This document shows, piece by piece, positions 41,689-49,481 of a stretch of DNA of 51,743 bases. The position numbers and the translations under genes were made by a program. This stretch comes from Minisyncoccota bacterium (lineage in GTDB: Bacteria > Patescibacteriota > Minisyncoccia > Phycocordibacterales > PALSA-1337), in assembly GCA_036516895.1 (NCBI GenBank), contig DATDZD010000016.1, positions 1 to 51,743 on the forward strand, written 5' to 3'. Within the stretch, counting starts at the first letter, position 1; the number at the start of each line of letters is the position of its first letter. The notes beneath the pieces are model-generated. The model was not told where the DNA came from. It ran no database searches and saw only the letters and a program-made list of their open reading frames with translations.

Positions 41689-42834
41689 ATGGTCTCTCTT
41701 GTGATTGACATCCAAAGCGGGCTTGTGCGAGGCGCTCTCGTGTCTTTTGAAAAAGATGATATTCCCAATATCATTCATTTAGTTTCGCGAGCGATTGTTC
41801 ACAAAGGACATCCTAAAGGAGATTTTCTTACAGAAGCGATGTTTTCTGCTGTTCATGAAGTTTCTTCACAAGTAGTGAGGGAGGGCATATCGCGCATGAA
41901 ATTGTCTCTGGCTTCTATTGCATCAGTTCATTATATTCTGTCTTCGCCATGGATTATTTCTCAAGCGAAAACAATCAATATTCAATATGATGTTGATACG
42001 GAAATAACAGAATCTATGATAAATAAGATTTTGGATGAAGAACGAGTCTCCCTTCTCTCTAAATTTAAGAAAGAGGATTTAAGCCAAAAATACGATTTTG
42101 ACCTGACATTTATAGAGCAAAAAGTATTTGATGTTCGTTTAAATGGTTATTCCGTCTTTAAATATGAAGGGAAGAAAACCAAGCGATTTGATATATCTTT
42201 TGCTGTCACTTTAAGTTCGCAGAAAATTCTTGATAAAATACATGAAGCGGTTTCTAGAACAGTGCATATTAAAGAGAAATATCATCATTCTGGACTCATC
42301 TTGCAATATATTGCCTTGCGCTCTTTGATTGATAAACAAGAATACATGTCTGTTCATGTTCATGGAGAGCTCACCGATATTATTGTCATAAAAAAAGGTT
42401 TAAGTTCTTCTATTGCATCATTTCCCCACGGAATATCCACATTCTTCAGAAAGATGTCAACTTTATTAAGAAATACCATAGAAACAAGCAGTTCTATGGT
42501 CTCAATGTATGTGGATAATCATATACATGACATAGAAAAAAATAGAATAAAAAAAGTTCTTGCTCCTCTTATCAAAGATTGGCAATCACAACTCCTCAAA
42601 TCTTTTACTGCCAACCAAAACAATAAAATCATTTCTTCAAAAGATATAGCTTCTTCTGATTCTATTCCGAATTTTGCGCCAAAATTGGTCTATCTTTCTG
42701 TTTGTTCTTCCTCAAATAAATATTATAAGATTTTCAAGGAAGCGCTTGAAGAGATGGGCTTTGAAGTTGTGACTTTTGATAAATCTCTAATGAAAATCTA
42801 CATGACGGCTTTGTCTCAACTTTCCAATATTTAG
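41689..42834 (+). CDS. hypothetical protein with a possible degenerate actin/FtsA/PilM-like fold
   Basis: MVSLVIDIQSGLVRGALV resembles the phosphate-1 strand. VHVHGELTDIIVIKKG sits where DxGGGTTD would be, but the Gly residues are replaced. The ATG at 41689 is preferred over the TTG at 41644. Confidence 0.4.
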   Translation: MVSLVIDIQSGLVRGALVSFEKDDIPNIIHLVSRAIVHKGHPKGDFLTEAMFSAVHEVSSQVVREGISRMKLSLASIASVHYILSSPWIISQAKTINIQYDVDTEITESMINKILDEERVSLLSKFKKEDLSQKYDFDLTFIEQKVFDVRLNGYSVFKYEGKKTKRFDISFAVTLSSQKILDKIHEAVSRTVHIKEKYHHSGLILQYIALRSLIDKQEYMSVHVHGELTDIIVIKKGLSSSIASFPHGISTFFRKMSTLLRNTIETSSSMVSMYVDNHIHDIEKNRIKKVLAPLIKDWQSQLLKSFTANQNNKIISSKDIASSDSIPNFAPKLVYLSVCSSSNKYYKIFKEALEEMGFEVVTFDKSLMKIYMTALSQLSNI

Positions 42835-42863
42835 CGCAATCATGATATAATCAAAAATATTGC

Positions 42864-44183
42864 ATGGATAAAAAGATTTTACAAGATATTATTCCTTCCG
42901 ACAGACGCACTATACGAAATATTGTGCCCGATAGATTTTCTAGAAAAATACCTATAAAGACGCAAGTGAAAATCAAGGAAAAAACTGAAGGTAAGGGGAA
43001 AATAGACAGGAATTCAAATTCTAATCCTAATAGAAGAAGTTTTTCTGGGATAGTCGTCACCTTTGTTGTGATATTTATCGGTATTGCTCTTATTGCCACC
43101 GCAGTATCTCTTCTTTATTCAAAAGCTGTTGTCACTATTACCCCAAAGATAGCCAACTTTGATGTTTCCGCTTCTTTTACGGCTAAAAAAGACGCTGTCT
43201 CGCCAGACCTTCCTTACGAATTAATGATTTACTCTGATACTTTAAATAAGACAATACTTGCCGCAGATGGACCTCTTTTGGAAACTAAAGCCAAAGGTAT
43301 GGTTATTCTATATAATGAACAATCTATACAGCAGAAGATTGTGGCAGGCACGCGACTCTCCAATGACTCTGGACTCATACATCGCACCACGACTACTGTA
43401 GTCATTCCGGCTATGAAAACAGTCAGTGGCAAAAATACATTCGGTAATATATCAGTAGGAGTGATTGCTGATAAGTCAAGCAATACATATAATATGCCTA
43501 TCATTGATACTCCTGTTGTTTTCAGAGTAGTTGCCTATAAAGGAAGTGATAAATACAACACTGTTTATGGAAAATTAAAAACTGCTATCTCTGGCGGTTT
43601 TTCTGGTAAAAAGAAGATAATTTCTAGCGAGCTTCAAAAAGTTGCTATAAAAGATTTGGAGAAATCTCTTGAAATCAATCTCTTGCGCAAAGTGAAGACA
43701 TTGGTTCCAGAAGGTTATCTTTTCTACAAAGATAGTTATGATATTGATTATGAAATACTTGAGCCAGTATCAAAAGACAAAGACACTGCGGATATATCAG
43801 TCAGGGGAACTATATATGGAGTAATATTCAAGAAAGATTCTCTCGTCAAATCAATAGCCAAGAAAGAATTGGATAGATTTCCCTCTGCAACCTATGAAAT
43901 AAAGGGAATGGATGGACTCGCATTTTCTATAACAAATAAAAAAGATTTTAAAGCCAAGAAGGGAAGTTTGCTGATGTTTAATCTCAAAGGACCTATTACT
44001 ATAGTGGGCACATTTAGAGAAGATGCTTTAAAAAATGAGTTAAAAGGCACATATCTCAAGCAAAGTAACACTATATTTACTCATTATCCCGCCATTGCTA
44101 ACGCTTATGCCATGATTACTCCATTTTGGATGAGGTCTTTTCCTAATTCTACCGAGAAAATCATTATAGATATCAAAAATTGA
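42864..44183 (+). CDS. hypothetical single-pass membrane protein with a large extracytoplasmic domain
   Basis: 439 aa with a basic cytoplasmic N-terminus, one TM segment (IVVTFVVIFIGIALIATAVSLLY) and a beta-rich remainder. It lies 29 nt after the preceding gene. Confidence 0.5.
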   Translation: MDKKILQDIIPSDRRTIRNIVPDRFSRKIPIKTQVKIKEKTEGKGKIDRNSNSNPNRRSFSGIVVTFVVIFIGIALIATAVSLLYSKAVVTITPKIANFDVSASFTAKKDAVSPDLPYELMIYSDTLNKTILAADGPLLETKAKGMVILYNEQSIQQKIVAGTRLSNDSGLIHRTTTTVVIPAMKTVSGKNTFGNISVGVIADKSSNTYNMPIIDTPVVFRVVAYKGSDKYNTVYGKLKTAISGGFSGKKKIISSELQKVAIKDLEKSLEINLLRKVKTLVPEGYLFYKDSYDIDYEILEPVSKDKDTADISVRGTIYGVIFKKDSLVKSIAKKELDRFPSATYEIKGMDGLAFSITNKKDFKAKKGSLLMFNLKGPITIVGTFREDALKNELKGTYLKQSNTIFTHYPAIANAYAMITPFWMRSFPNSTEKIIIDIKN

Positions 44184-44295
44184 CTTTCCATAGACAGTTT
44201 GTTACTATTATCAAATGTGCAAATTGATTGTGCTCTAAAGAGCCGATAATAAAGTTATCAGGGAAATTAAAAGGACAATAAAAGCATTAAATAAG

Positions 44296-44532
44296 TTGAT
44301 AAACAAAGAGAATAGCAAGCAAAAGTCGCTAGAAAATATAGCTTATGGAGTTATAGTTGAAGCTCTTCCAAACACCCTTTTCCAAGTAAAGATTGATGGG
44401 AAAGATGATATTGTGATGGCTTATTTGGCTGGTAAAATGAGAATGCATCGCATTAAAGTTCTTATTGGTGACAAAGTGGAGCTTATGTTGGATTCATATG
44501 GAGGAAGGGCTAGGATAAGCAAGCGTCTTTAG
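44296..44532 (+). CDS. infA: translation initiation factor IF-1 (non-ATG start)
   Basis: S1-like core [60 protein letters not shown]. There is no in-frame ATG upstream of the core, and TTG at 44296 is the first plausible start. Confidence 0.88.
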   Translation: MINKENSKQKSLENIAYGVIVEALPNTLFQVKIDGKDDIVMAYLAGKMRMHRIKVLIGDKVELMLDSYGGRARISKRL

Positions 44533-44548
44533 TTATTTATATAATAAT

Positions 44549-44665
44549 ATGAAAGTAAAAGCATCAGTCAAAGCCATTTGTCCAAAGTGTAGCGTTGTCC
44601 GCAGAAAGGGCTATGTATATGTTATTTGCACTGCCAATCCTCGTCATAAACAACGACAAGGTTAA
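44549..44665 (+). CDS. rpmJ: 50S ribosomal protein L36
   Basis: A 38-aa ORF missing from the track (below its length cut-off): [38 protein letters not shown]. It lies between infA and rpsM as in the canonical operon. Confidence 0.9.
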   Translation: MKVKASVKAICPKCSVVRRKGYVYVICTANPRHKQRQG

Positions 44666-44673
44666 ATAAAAAT

Positions 44674-45054
44674 ATGCGCATACTTGGTGTTACAATTCCT
44701 GATACAAAAAGAATTGAGATTGCTCTCACAAAACTTTATGGCGTCGGAAGGTCTCGTTCTGCTTATATTCTAAATAAAGCAAAAGTAGACATTTCTTTGA
44801 AACCAAAAGACCTGTCTGTAGAACAAGAAAATGAGATAAAAAAGATCATAGAATCAATGCGCATAGAAGGAGATTTAAGACGGGAAACAGCTTCAAATAT
44901 AAAACGCCTAAAGGATATCAAATCATATAGGGGCTCTCGCCACGCCAGAAAACTTCCTGGAAGAGGTCAAAGGACCAAGACAAATTCTCGCACCTTAAGA
45001 GGCAATGTAAGGAAAACAATGGGTTCTGGAAGAAAGAAAGAAGAAAAGAAATAA
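44674..45054 (+). CDS. rpsM: 30S ribosomal protein S13
   Basis: MRILGVTIPDTKRIEIALTKLYGVGRSRS... plus a basic C-terminal tail. Confidence 0.95.
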   Translation: MRILGVTIPDTKRIEIALTKLYGVGRSRSAYILNKAKVDISLKPKDLSVEQENEIKKIIESMRIEGDLRRETASNIKRLKDIKSYRGSRHARKLPGRGQRTKTNSRTLRGNVRKTMGSGRKKEEKK

Positions 45055-45063
45055 TATTTATTT

Positions 45064-45618
45064 ATGGGAAAAAAAAGAATTGTCACAACCGAAGAAAAGC
45101 CGGGCAATACTGGGAAAAAAGTTCCAGAAAAAGGAATTGAAAATATTTCCGAAAATATTTCCAATGATATGTCAAAGAACGTTAGAAAGGATACAACAAG
45201 TAGAGATAAAAGCTCTGAGAAAAAAAAAGAGACAAATGACTCTGCTTCAAAACAGGTTTCCTTTCGTAAGAGACTTGATACTGGCATACTTCATGTTCAA
45301 TCCACATACAACAATACCAAAGTCCTTTTGACGAACAATAATGGTCAAGCAATCATGTGGTCTTCAAGCGGTTCTCTTGGTTTCAAAGGAGCCAAGAAAG
45401 GCACGCCTTTTGCAGCGGCGAAAGTCGGCGAAACCTTGGCTGTAAAAGCCCAATCTTTGGGTTTGAAGGAGATTTCTGTCGTTGTAAAAGGAGTCGGTTC
45501 TGGACGAGAGTCGGCCATTAGAGGATTTATTTCAAAAGGGGTAATAATATCTTCCATAAAAGATTCAACTCCTGTTCCTCACAATGGACCCCAACCGAAG
45601 AAGCCTCGCAGAGTCTAA
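45064..45618 (+). CDS. rpsK: 30S ribosomal protein S11 with an N-terminal extension of about 55 aa
   Basis: The S11 core starts near GILHVQSTYNNTKVLLTNNNGQ and ends PHNGPQPKKPRRV. It is preceded by a low-complexity Lys/Glu/Ser-rich extension. Confidence 0.88.
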   Translation: MGKKRIVTTEEKPGNTGKKVPEKGIENISENISNDMSKNVRKDTTSRDKSSEKKKETNDSASKQVSFRKRLDTGILHVQSTYNNTKVLLTNNNGQAIMWSSSGSLGFKGAKKGTPFAAAKVGETLAVKAQSLGLKEISVVVKGVGSGRESAIRGFISKGVIISSIKDSTPVPHNGPQPKKPRRV

Positions 45619-45637
45619 GTCAAACATTATATATTTT

Positions 45638-46252
45638 ATGATTATAGGACCAAAATACAAAATTGCGCGACGACTAGGTGTCTCTGTTTTTGAAAAAACA
45701 CAGACACAAAAATATGCCATGCGTCTTGGCCAAAAAGCTCAAAGAGCGCAGAGTCAGAGTCGTCCCAAAGCAAAAAGCAATTATGGTCTTGGCATGTTGG
45801 AAAAGCAGAAAGCCCGCTATAGTTATGGTATTACTGCCAAACAGTTTGGAAAATATGTCAAACAAGCCATAGAAAAAAAAGGCAATTCATCAGAATTGTT
45901 AATCCGCACTCTTGAGGGTCGTCTTGATAATGTGGCTCTAAGGTCTGGATTTACCACTACACGGCAAGCTGCTAGACAAATGGTCTCCCATGGTCATTTG
46001 ACCGTAAATAGTGATATAGTGACTATTCCTTCTTATGAAGTCAATGTGGGTGATGTGATAGCTATTAGAGAGGGAAGTAAGAAGAAAGCTCTCTTCTTAT
46101 CCCTCGATGAGAGGTTCAAAACAGTGAAGATTCCCGCATGGCTGAAGCTTGATTTTGACAAGAAGGAGATTAAAGTTGAGGGTGTTCCAAGAGCTGAAGA
46201 AAGCGAGCTTCTGTTCAATGTCGGAGCAGTGCTTGAATTTTATAGTCGTTAA
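45638..46252 (+). CDS. rpsD: 30S ribosomal protein S4
   Basis: MIIGPKYKIARRLGVSVFEK... and an S4 RNA-binding domain (RLDNVALRSGFTTTRQAARQMVSHGHLTVN). The ATG at 45638 is preferred over 45584, which overlaps rpsK. Confidence 0.93.
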   Translation: MIIGPKYKIARRLGVSVFEKTQTQKYAMRLGQKAQRAQSQSRPKAKSNYGLGMLEKQKARYSYGITAKQFGKYVKQAIEKKGNSSELLIRTLEGRLDNVALRSGFTTTRQAARQMVSHGHLTVNSDIVTIPSYEVNVGDVIAIREGSKKKALFLSLDERFKTVKIPAWLKLDFDKKEIKVEGVPRAEESELLFNVGAVLEFYSR

Positions 46253-46293
46253 TTATTTTAATAAAGATTTTATCAGAATTAATTTTTAAAAAC

Positions 46294-47262
46294 ATGTCTA
46301 TGCACACAATTATAATTCCATCAAAGCCAAAGGTTATCAAAGAAGACAATTTCAATGGCATATATGAAATAGATGGACTATATCCCGGTTATGGTCATAC
46401 TCTGGGAAATTCTCTTCGTCGCATAATCCTTTCTTCTCTTCCTGGCGCTTCTGTAACTAAAGTTAAAATAAAAGGCGTAGACCATGAGTTCTCTTCAATA
46501 GATGGAGTAAAAGAAGATGTTATAAACATTCTTTTGAATCTCAAGCGTCTTCGCATCAAGCTCATCACTGATGAATCACAAGTTCTTACTCTCAAAGTCA
46601 AAGGCGTGAAGCATGTCATTGCCAAGGATATAGAATATCCCGGACAAGTGGAGATTCTCAACCCAGACATGTTGATAGCTGAACTTACAGATAAATCGGC
46701 AGAGCTTGATATGGATATCACTGTGGAGAAAGGACTTGGATATGTTCCAAAAGAAGTCTTGCATAAAGATAGAGTGGATATAGGAACCATTGCTCTTGAC
46801 GCTACTTTTACTCCTATTAGAAAAGTCAATTACGAAGTGGAAAATATGCGCGTTGGAGACAGAACAGATTTCAATCGTCTTCGCATCTCCATAGAAACAG
46901 ACGGCACTATAGTGCCAAAAGAAGCCCTTGAACAATCAATTCTTCTAATGATTTCTCAACTTAAATCAATTGTGGGATTCAAAGAAGATGATGTGTTTGT
47001 AAAAGAAGAGAAGAAAGAAGAAAAAGAATCCGCAATCAATGTTCCAATAGGTGAATCTGATGTAGAGTTTCTTAAGACCCGTGTCGATTCCATAGGGCTT
47101 TCTCCTCGGACGGTGAAAGCTCTCTCAAATGCTAATATACGGACTATTGGCGGTCTCGCTAGAAAGAAAGAAGTGGATATTCTTGATATTGAAGGTCTAG
47201 GTAGCAAAGGTATTCAAGAAATAAAGAAAACTCTTGCTCAATACAATATTACATTAAAGTAA
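46294..47262 (+). CDS. rpoA: DNA-directed RNA polymerase subunit alpha
   Basis: N-terminal domain signature GHTLGNSLRRIILSSLPGASV and a C-terminal HhH domain (LSPRTVKALSNANIRTIGGL). Confidence 0.95.
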   Translation: MSMHTIIIPSKPKVIKEDNFNGIYEIDGLYPGYGHTLGNSLRRIILSSLPGASVTKVKIKGVDHEFSSIDGVKEDVINILLNLKRLRIKLITDESQVLTLKVKGVKHVIAKDIEYPGQVEILNPDMLIAELTDKSAELDMDITVEKGLGYVPKEVLHKDRVDIGTIALDATFTPIRKVNYEVENMRVGDRTDFNRLRISIETDGTIVPKEALEQSILLMISQLKSIVGFKEDDVFVKEEKKEEKESAINVPIGESDVEFLKTRVDSIGLSPRTVKALSNANIRTIGGLARKKEVDILDIEGLGSKGIQEIKKTLAQYNITLK

Positions 47263-47613
47263 ATGAGACACCATTCATCAAACAGAAAATTCGGCAGGGA
47301 AATGAATCAAAGGTCAGCTCTTCTTCGTTCTCTTTCTCGCAATTTAATAAATGAAGGCAGAATAACAACCACTTTAGCCAAAGCAAAGTCTTTGCGTCCT
47401 TTTGTGGAAAAACTTATTACAAAAGCAAGGGTGGGAACTCTCGCTTCCAGAAGACTCATTATTTCGCGTGTGCAAGGAGATAAAGAAACCAAAATCCTTA
47501 TGGATGACCTTGCCAAAAAATACAAAAGTCGCAATGGCGGATATATTCGTATTATCAAAGTCCAACGCCGCAAACTTGACTCGGCTCCTATGGCTATGAT
47601 TGAATTTGTTTAA
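47263..47613 (+). CDS. rplQ: 50S ribosomal protein L17
   Basis: MRHHSSNRKFGREMNQRSALLRSLSRNLINEGRITTTLAKAKSLRPFVEKLIT... Confidence 0.95.
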   Translation: MRHHSSNRKFGREMNQRSALLRSLSRNLINEGRITTTLAKAKSLRPFVEKLITKARVGTLASRRLIISRVQGDKETKILMDDLAKKYKSRNGGYIRIIKVQRRKLDSAPMAMIEFV

Positions 47614-47622
47614 TATATTTAT

Positions 47623-47967
47623 ATGAAATACACCATAGACGCGCAAGGAAAGAGATTGGGAAGAGTCGCAAGTCAAGCGGTCGTGTATCTCATGGGTAAA
47701 AATTCTGTGAAATTTGCTAGAAATAAAGCGCCAGAAGTGGCGGTTTCCATTACAAATTGCGGTAAGGCGTATATAAATGCCAAAAAAAAGCAGGATAAAA
47801 AATATGTTTCATTTACTGGTTTTAGAGGAGGAATTAATACAGAAAGTCTGGAAAAATTAATAGCTAGAAAAGGAATTGCCGAGGCCTTCAGGAGGGCAGT
47901 ATATCGCATGTTGCCATCAAACAGTTTGCGCAAGAATATGATGAAGAATTTGACTATTACCGAATAA
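47623..47967 (+). CDS. rplM: 50S ribosomal protein L13 (short form)
   Basis: IDAQGKRLGRVASQAVVYLMGK ... RAVYRMLPSN. It is 114 aa and is followed by rpsI as in the canonical pair. Confidence 0.9.
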   Translation: MKYTIDAQGKRLGRVASQAVVYLMGKNSVKFARNKAPEVAVSITNCGKAYINAKKKQDKKYVSFTGFRGGINTESLEKLIARKGIAEAFRRAVYRMLPSNSLRKNMMKNLTITE

Positions 47968-47999
47968 TAATAATCTTTTACTGAATATACCAAAATATT

Positions 48000-48428
48000 A
48001 TGATTACTGTTAAAATGACAACTATAAAGCCAGAAGATAGATATATAGAGACTGTAGGTCGCAGAAAGACAGCCATAGCTCGTATTCGCATTACTCCTGC
48101 GGCAAAACAATCTTTTGAAATAAACGGCAAGAGTGTTGAAGCTTATCTTCCAACAAAAGAATTGGTCATGACAGTAAATGAATCTATTCTTGCGTCAAAA
48201 TTGTCTACTATAAAGTTCAAAATCACAGTTTTGGTGAAAGGAGGAGGGATAAGTTCTCAAGCTGACGCTATTCGCCATGGTCTAGCCAGAGCTCTTATAG
48301 AATATGACCATGAGCTTCGTGGAAAACTCAAGAAAGCCGGTTTTCTCAAACGCGACCCTCGTGCAAAAGAGCGTCGCAAGTTCGGTCTCAAAAAAGCCCG
48401 CAAATCTCCGCAATGGAGCAAACGCTAA
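48000..48428 (+). CDS. rpsI: 30S ribosomal protein S9
   Basis: GRRKTAIARIRI ... GGGISSQADAIRHGLARAL ... RDPRAKERRKFGLKKARKSPQWSKR. Confidence 0.93.
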   Translation: MITVKMTTIKPEDRYIETVGRRKTAIARIRITPAAKQSFEINGKSVEAYLPTKELVMTVNESILASKLSTIKFKITVLVKGGGISSQADAIRHGLARALIEYDHELRGKLKKAGFLKRDPRAKERRKFGLKKARKSPQWSKR

Positions 48429-48553
48429 TTTATTAACAGTCATATCATTCTCATTTTCTCATTTCGCTCATGAATATTTGGAAGACAAAGATATCCTTGT
48501 AGCGGTTTTTTTTATTGCAAAATATTTTTTTACAAGTATACTGATACTATATT

Positions 48554-49153
48554 ATGAATGATAAAAAAGAAGATTCAATTCATCAACCATCTGATGGAGA
48601 AGAGAATATCAAAATAGATGACAAAGAAGAAATTTTAGATGATTCGGTAATTGCCGAAGAATCTGCGGAAGAGACTATAAAAAAGCTTCGTTTGAAACTC
48701 AAAAAAACTCTTGAAGAAAAACAAGAGTATCTTACTGGTTGGCAGAGGACAAAAGCCGATTTCATCAATGCTCGCAAGCGAGATGAAGAATTGCAAAAAG
48801 ATTTTATAAAATATTCCAATGAAAGCCTAATTTCCTCACTCATTCCTGTTCTTGAAAGTTTTAATATGGCTATGGGTAATAAAGAATCATGGGAAAAAGC
48901 GGACAGGAATTGGAGAGTGGGGGTGGAATATATTGCCAATCAGTTAAAAAAAGTCCTTGAGGAGAGCGGGTTGAAAGAAATAAATCCTGTTGGTCAGAAA
49001 TTTGACCCGAATCGTGACGAAGTGGTGGAATATGTGAGAGTTTCAGACCAGAAACAGGATCATATTATTATCTCGGTTATCCACAAAGGTTTCTCTTTGA
49101 ATGAGAAAGTTCTAAAGGCGCCGAAGGTAAAAGTTGGAGAATTTAAGAAATAA
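48554..49153 (+). CDS. grpE: nucleotide exchange factor GrpE
   Basis: An acidic N-terminus, a long helix (YLTGWQRTKADFINARKR) and a C-terminal beta domain (FDPNRDEVVEYV). Confidence 0.9.
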   Translation: MNDKKEDSIHQPSDGEENIKIDDKEEILDDSVIAEESAEETIKKLRLKLKKTLEEKQEYLTGWQRTKADFINARKRDEELQKDFIKYSNESLISSLIPVLESFNMAMGNKESWEKADRNWRVGVEYIANQLKKVLEESGLKEINPVGQKFDPNRDEVVEYVRVSDQKQDHIIISVIHKGFSLNEKVLKAPKVKVGEFKK

Positions 49154-49481
49154 AGTACTATTTTTCAGATATACACATCTGGCTATTGACTTATATCTGT
49201 AATCTGATAAACTGTTTCCAACTTCGCAAGATTGTGTTACGACTGAAATGTGAAGGATTACAAGGTGTTTTCAATGGTTAATTTGAATTTCTTGGGTCCC
49301 TCTATAAATACTTTCTTGCAAACTACTACTCTAAACAACTTTTAGAGCCGAAAACGCTATTGACAAGCGTCTTTTTGTGTATTATATATTTTTAAGTGTT
49401 TTGAATAATTTGTGCGGTTTTTATAAGTTTCTTAATAGTCTTTCTTGATAATTTATTCATTAAAATAATAGTGTAAATAAT

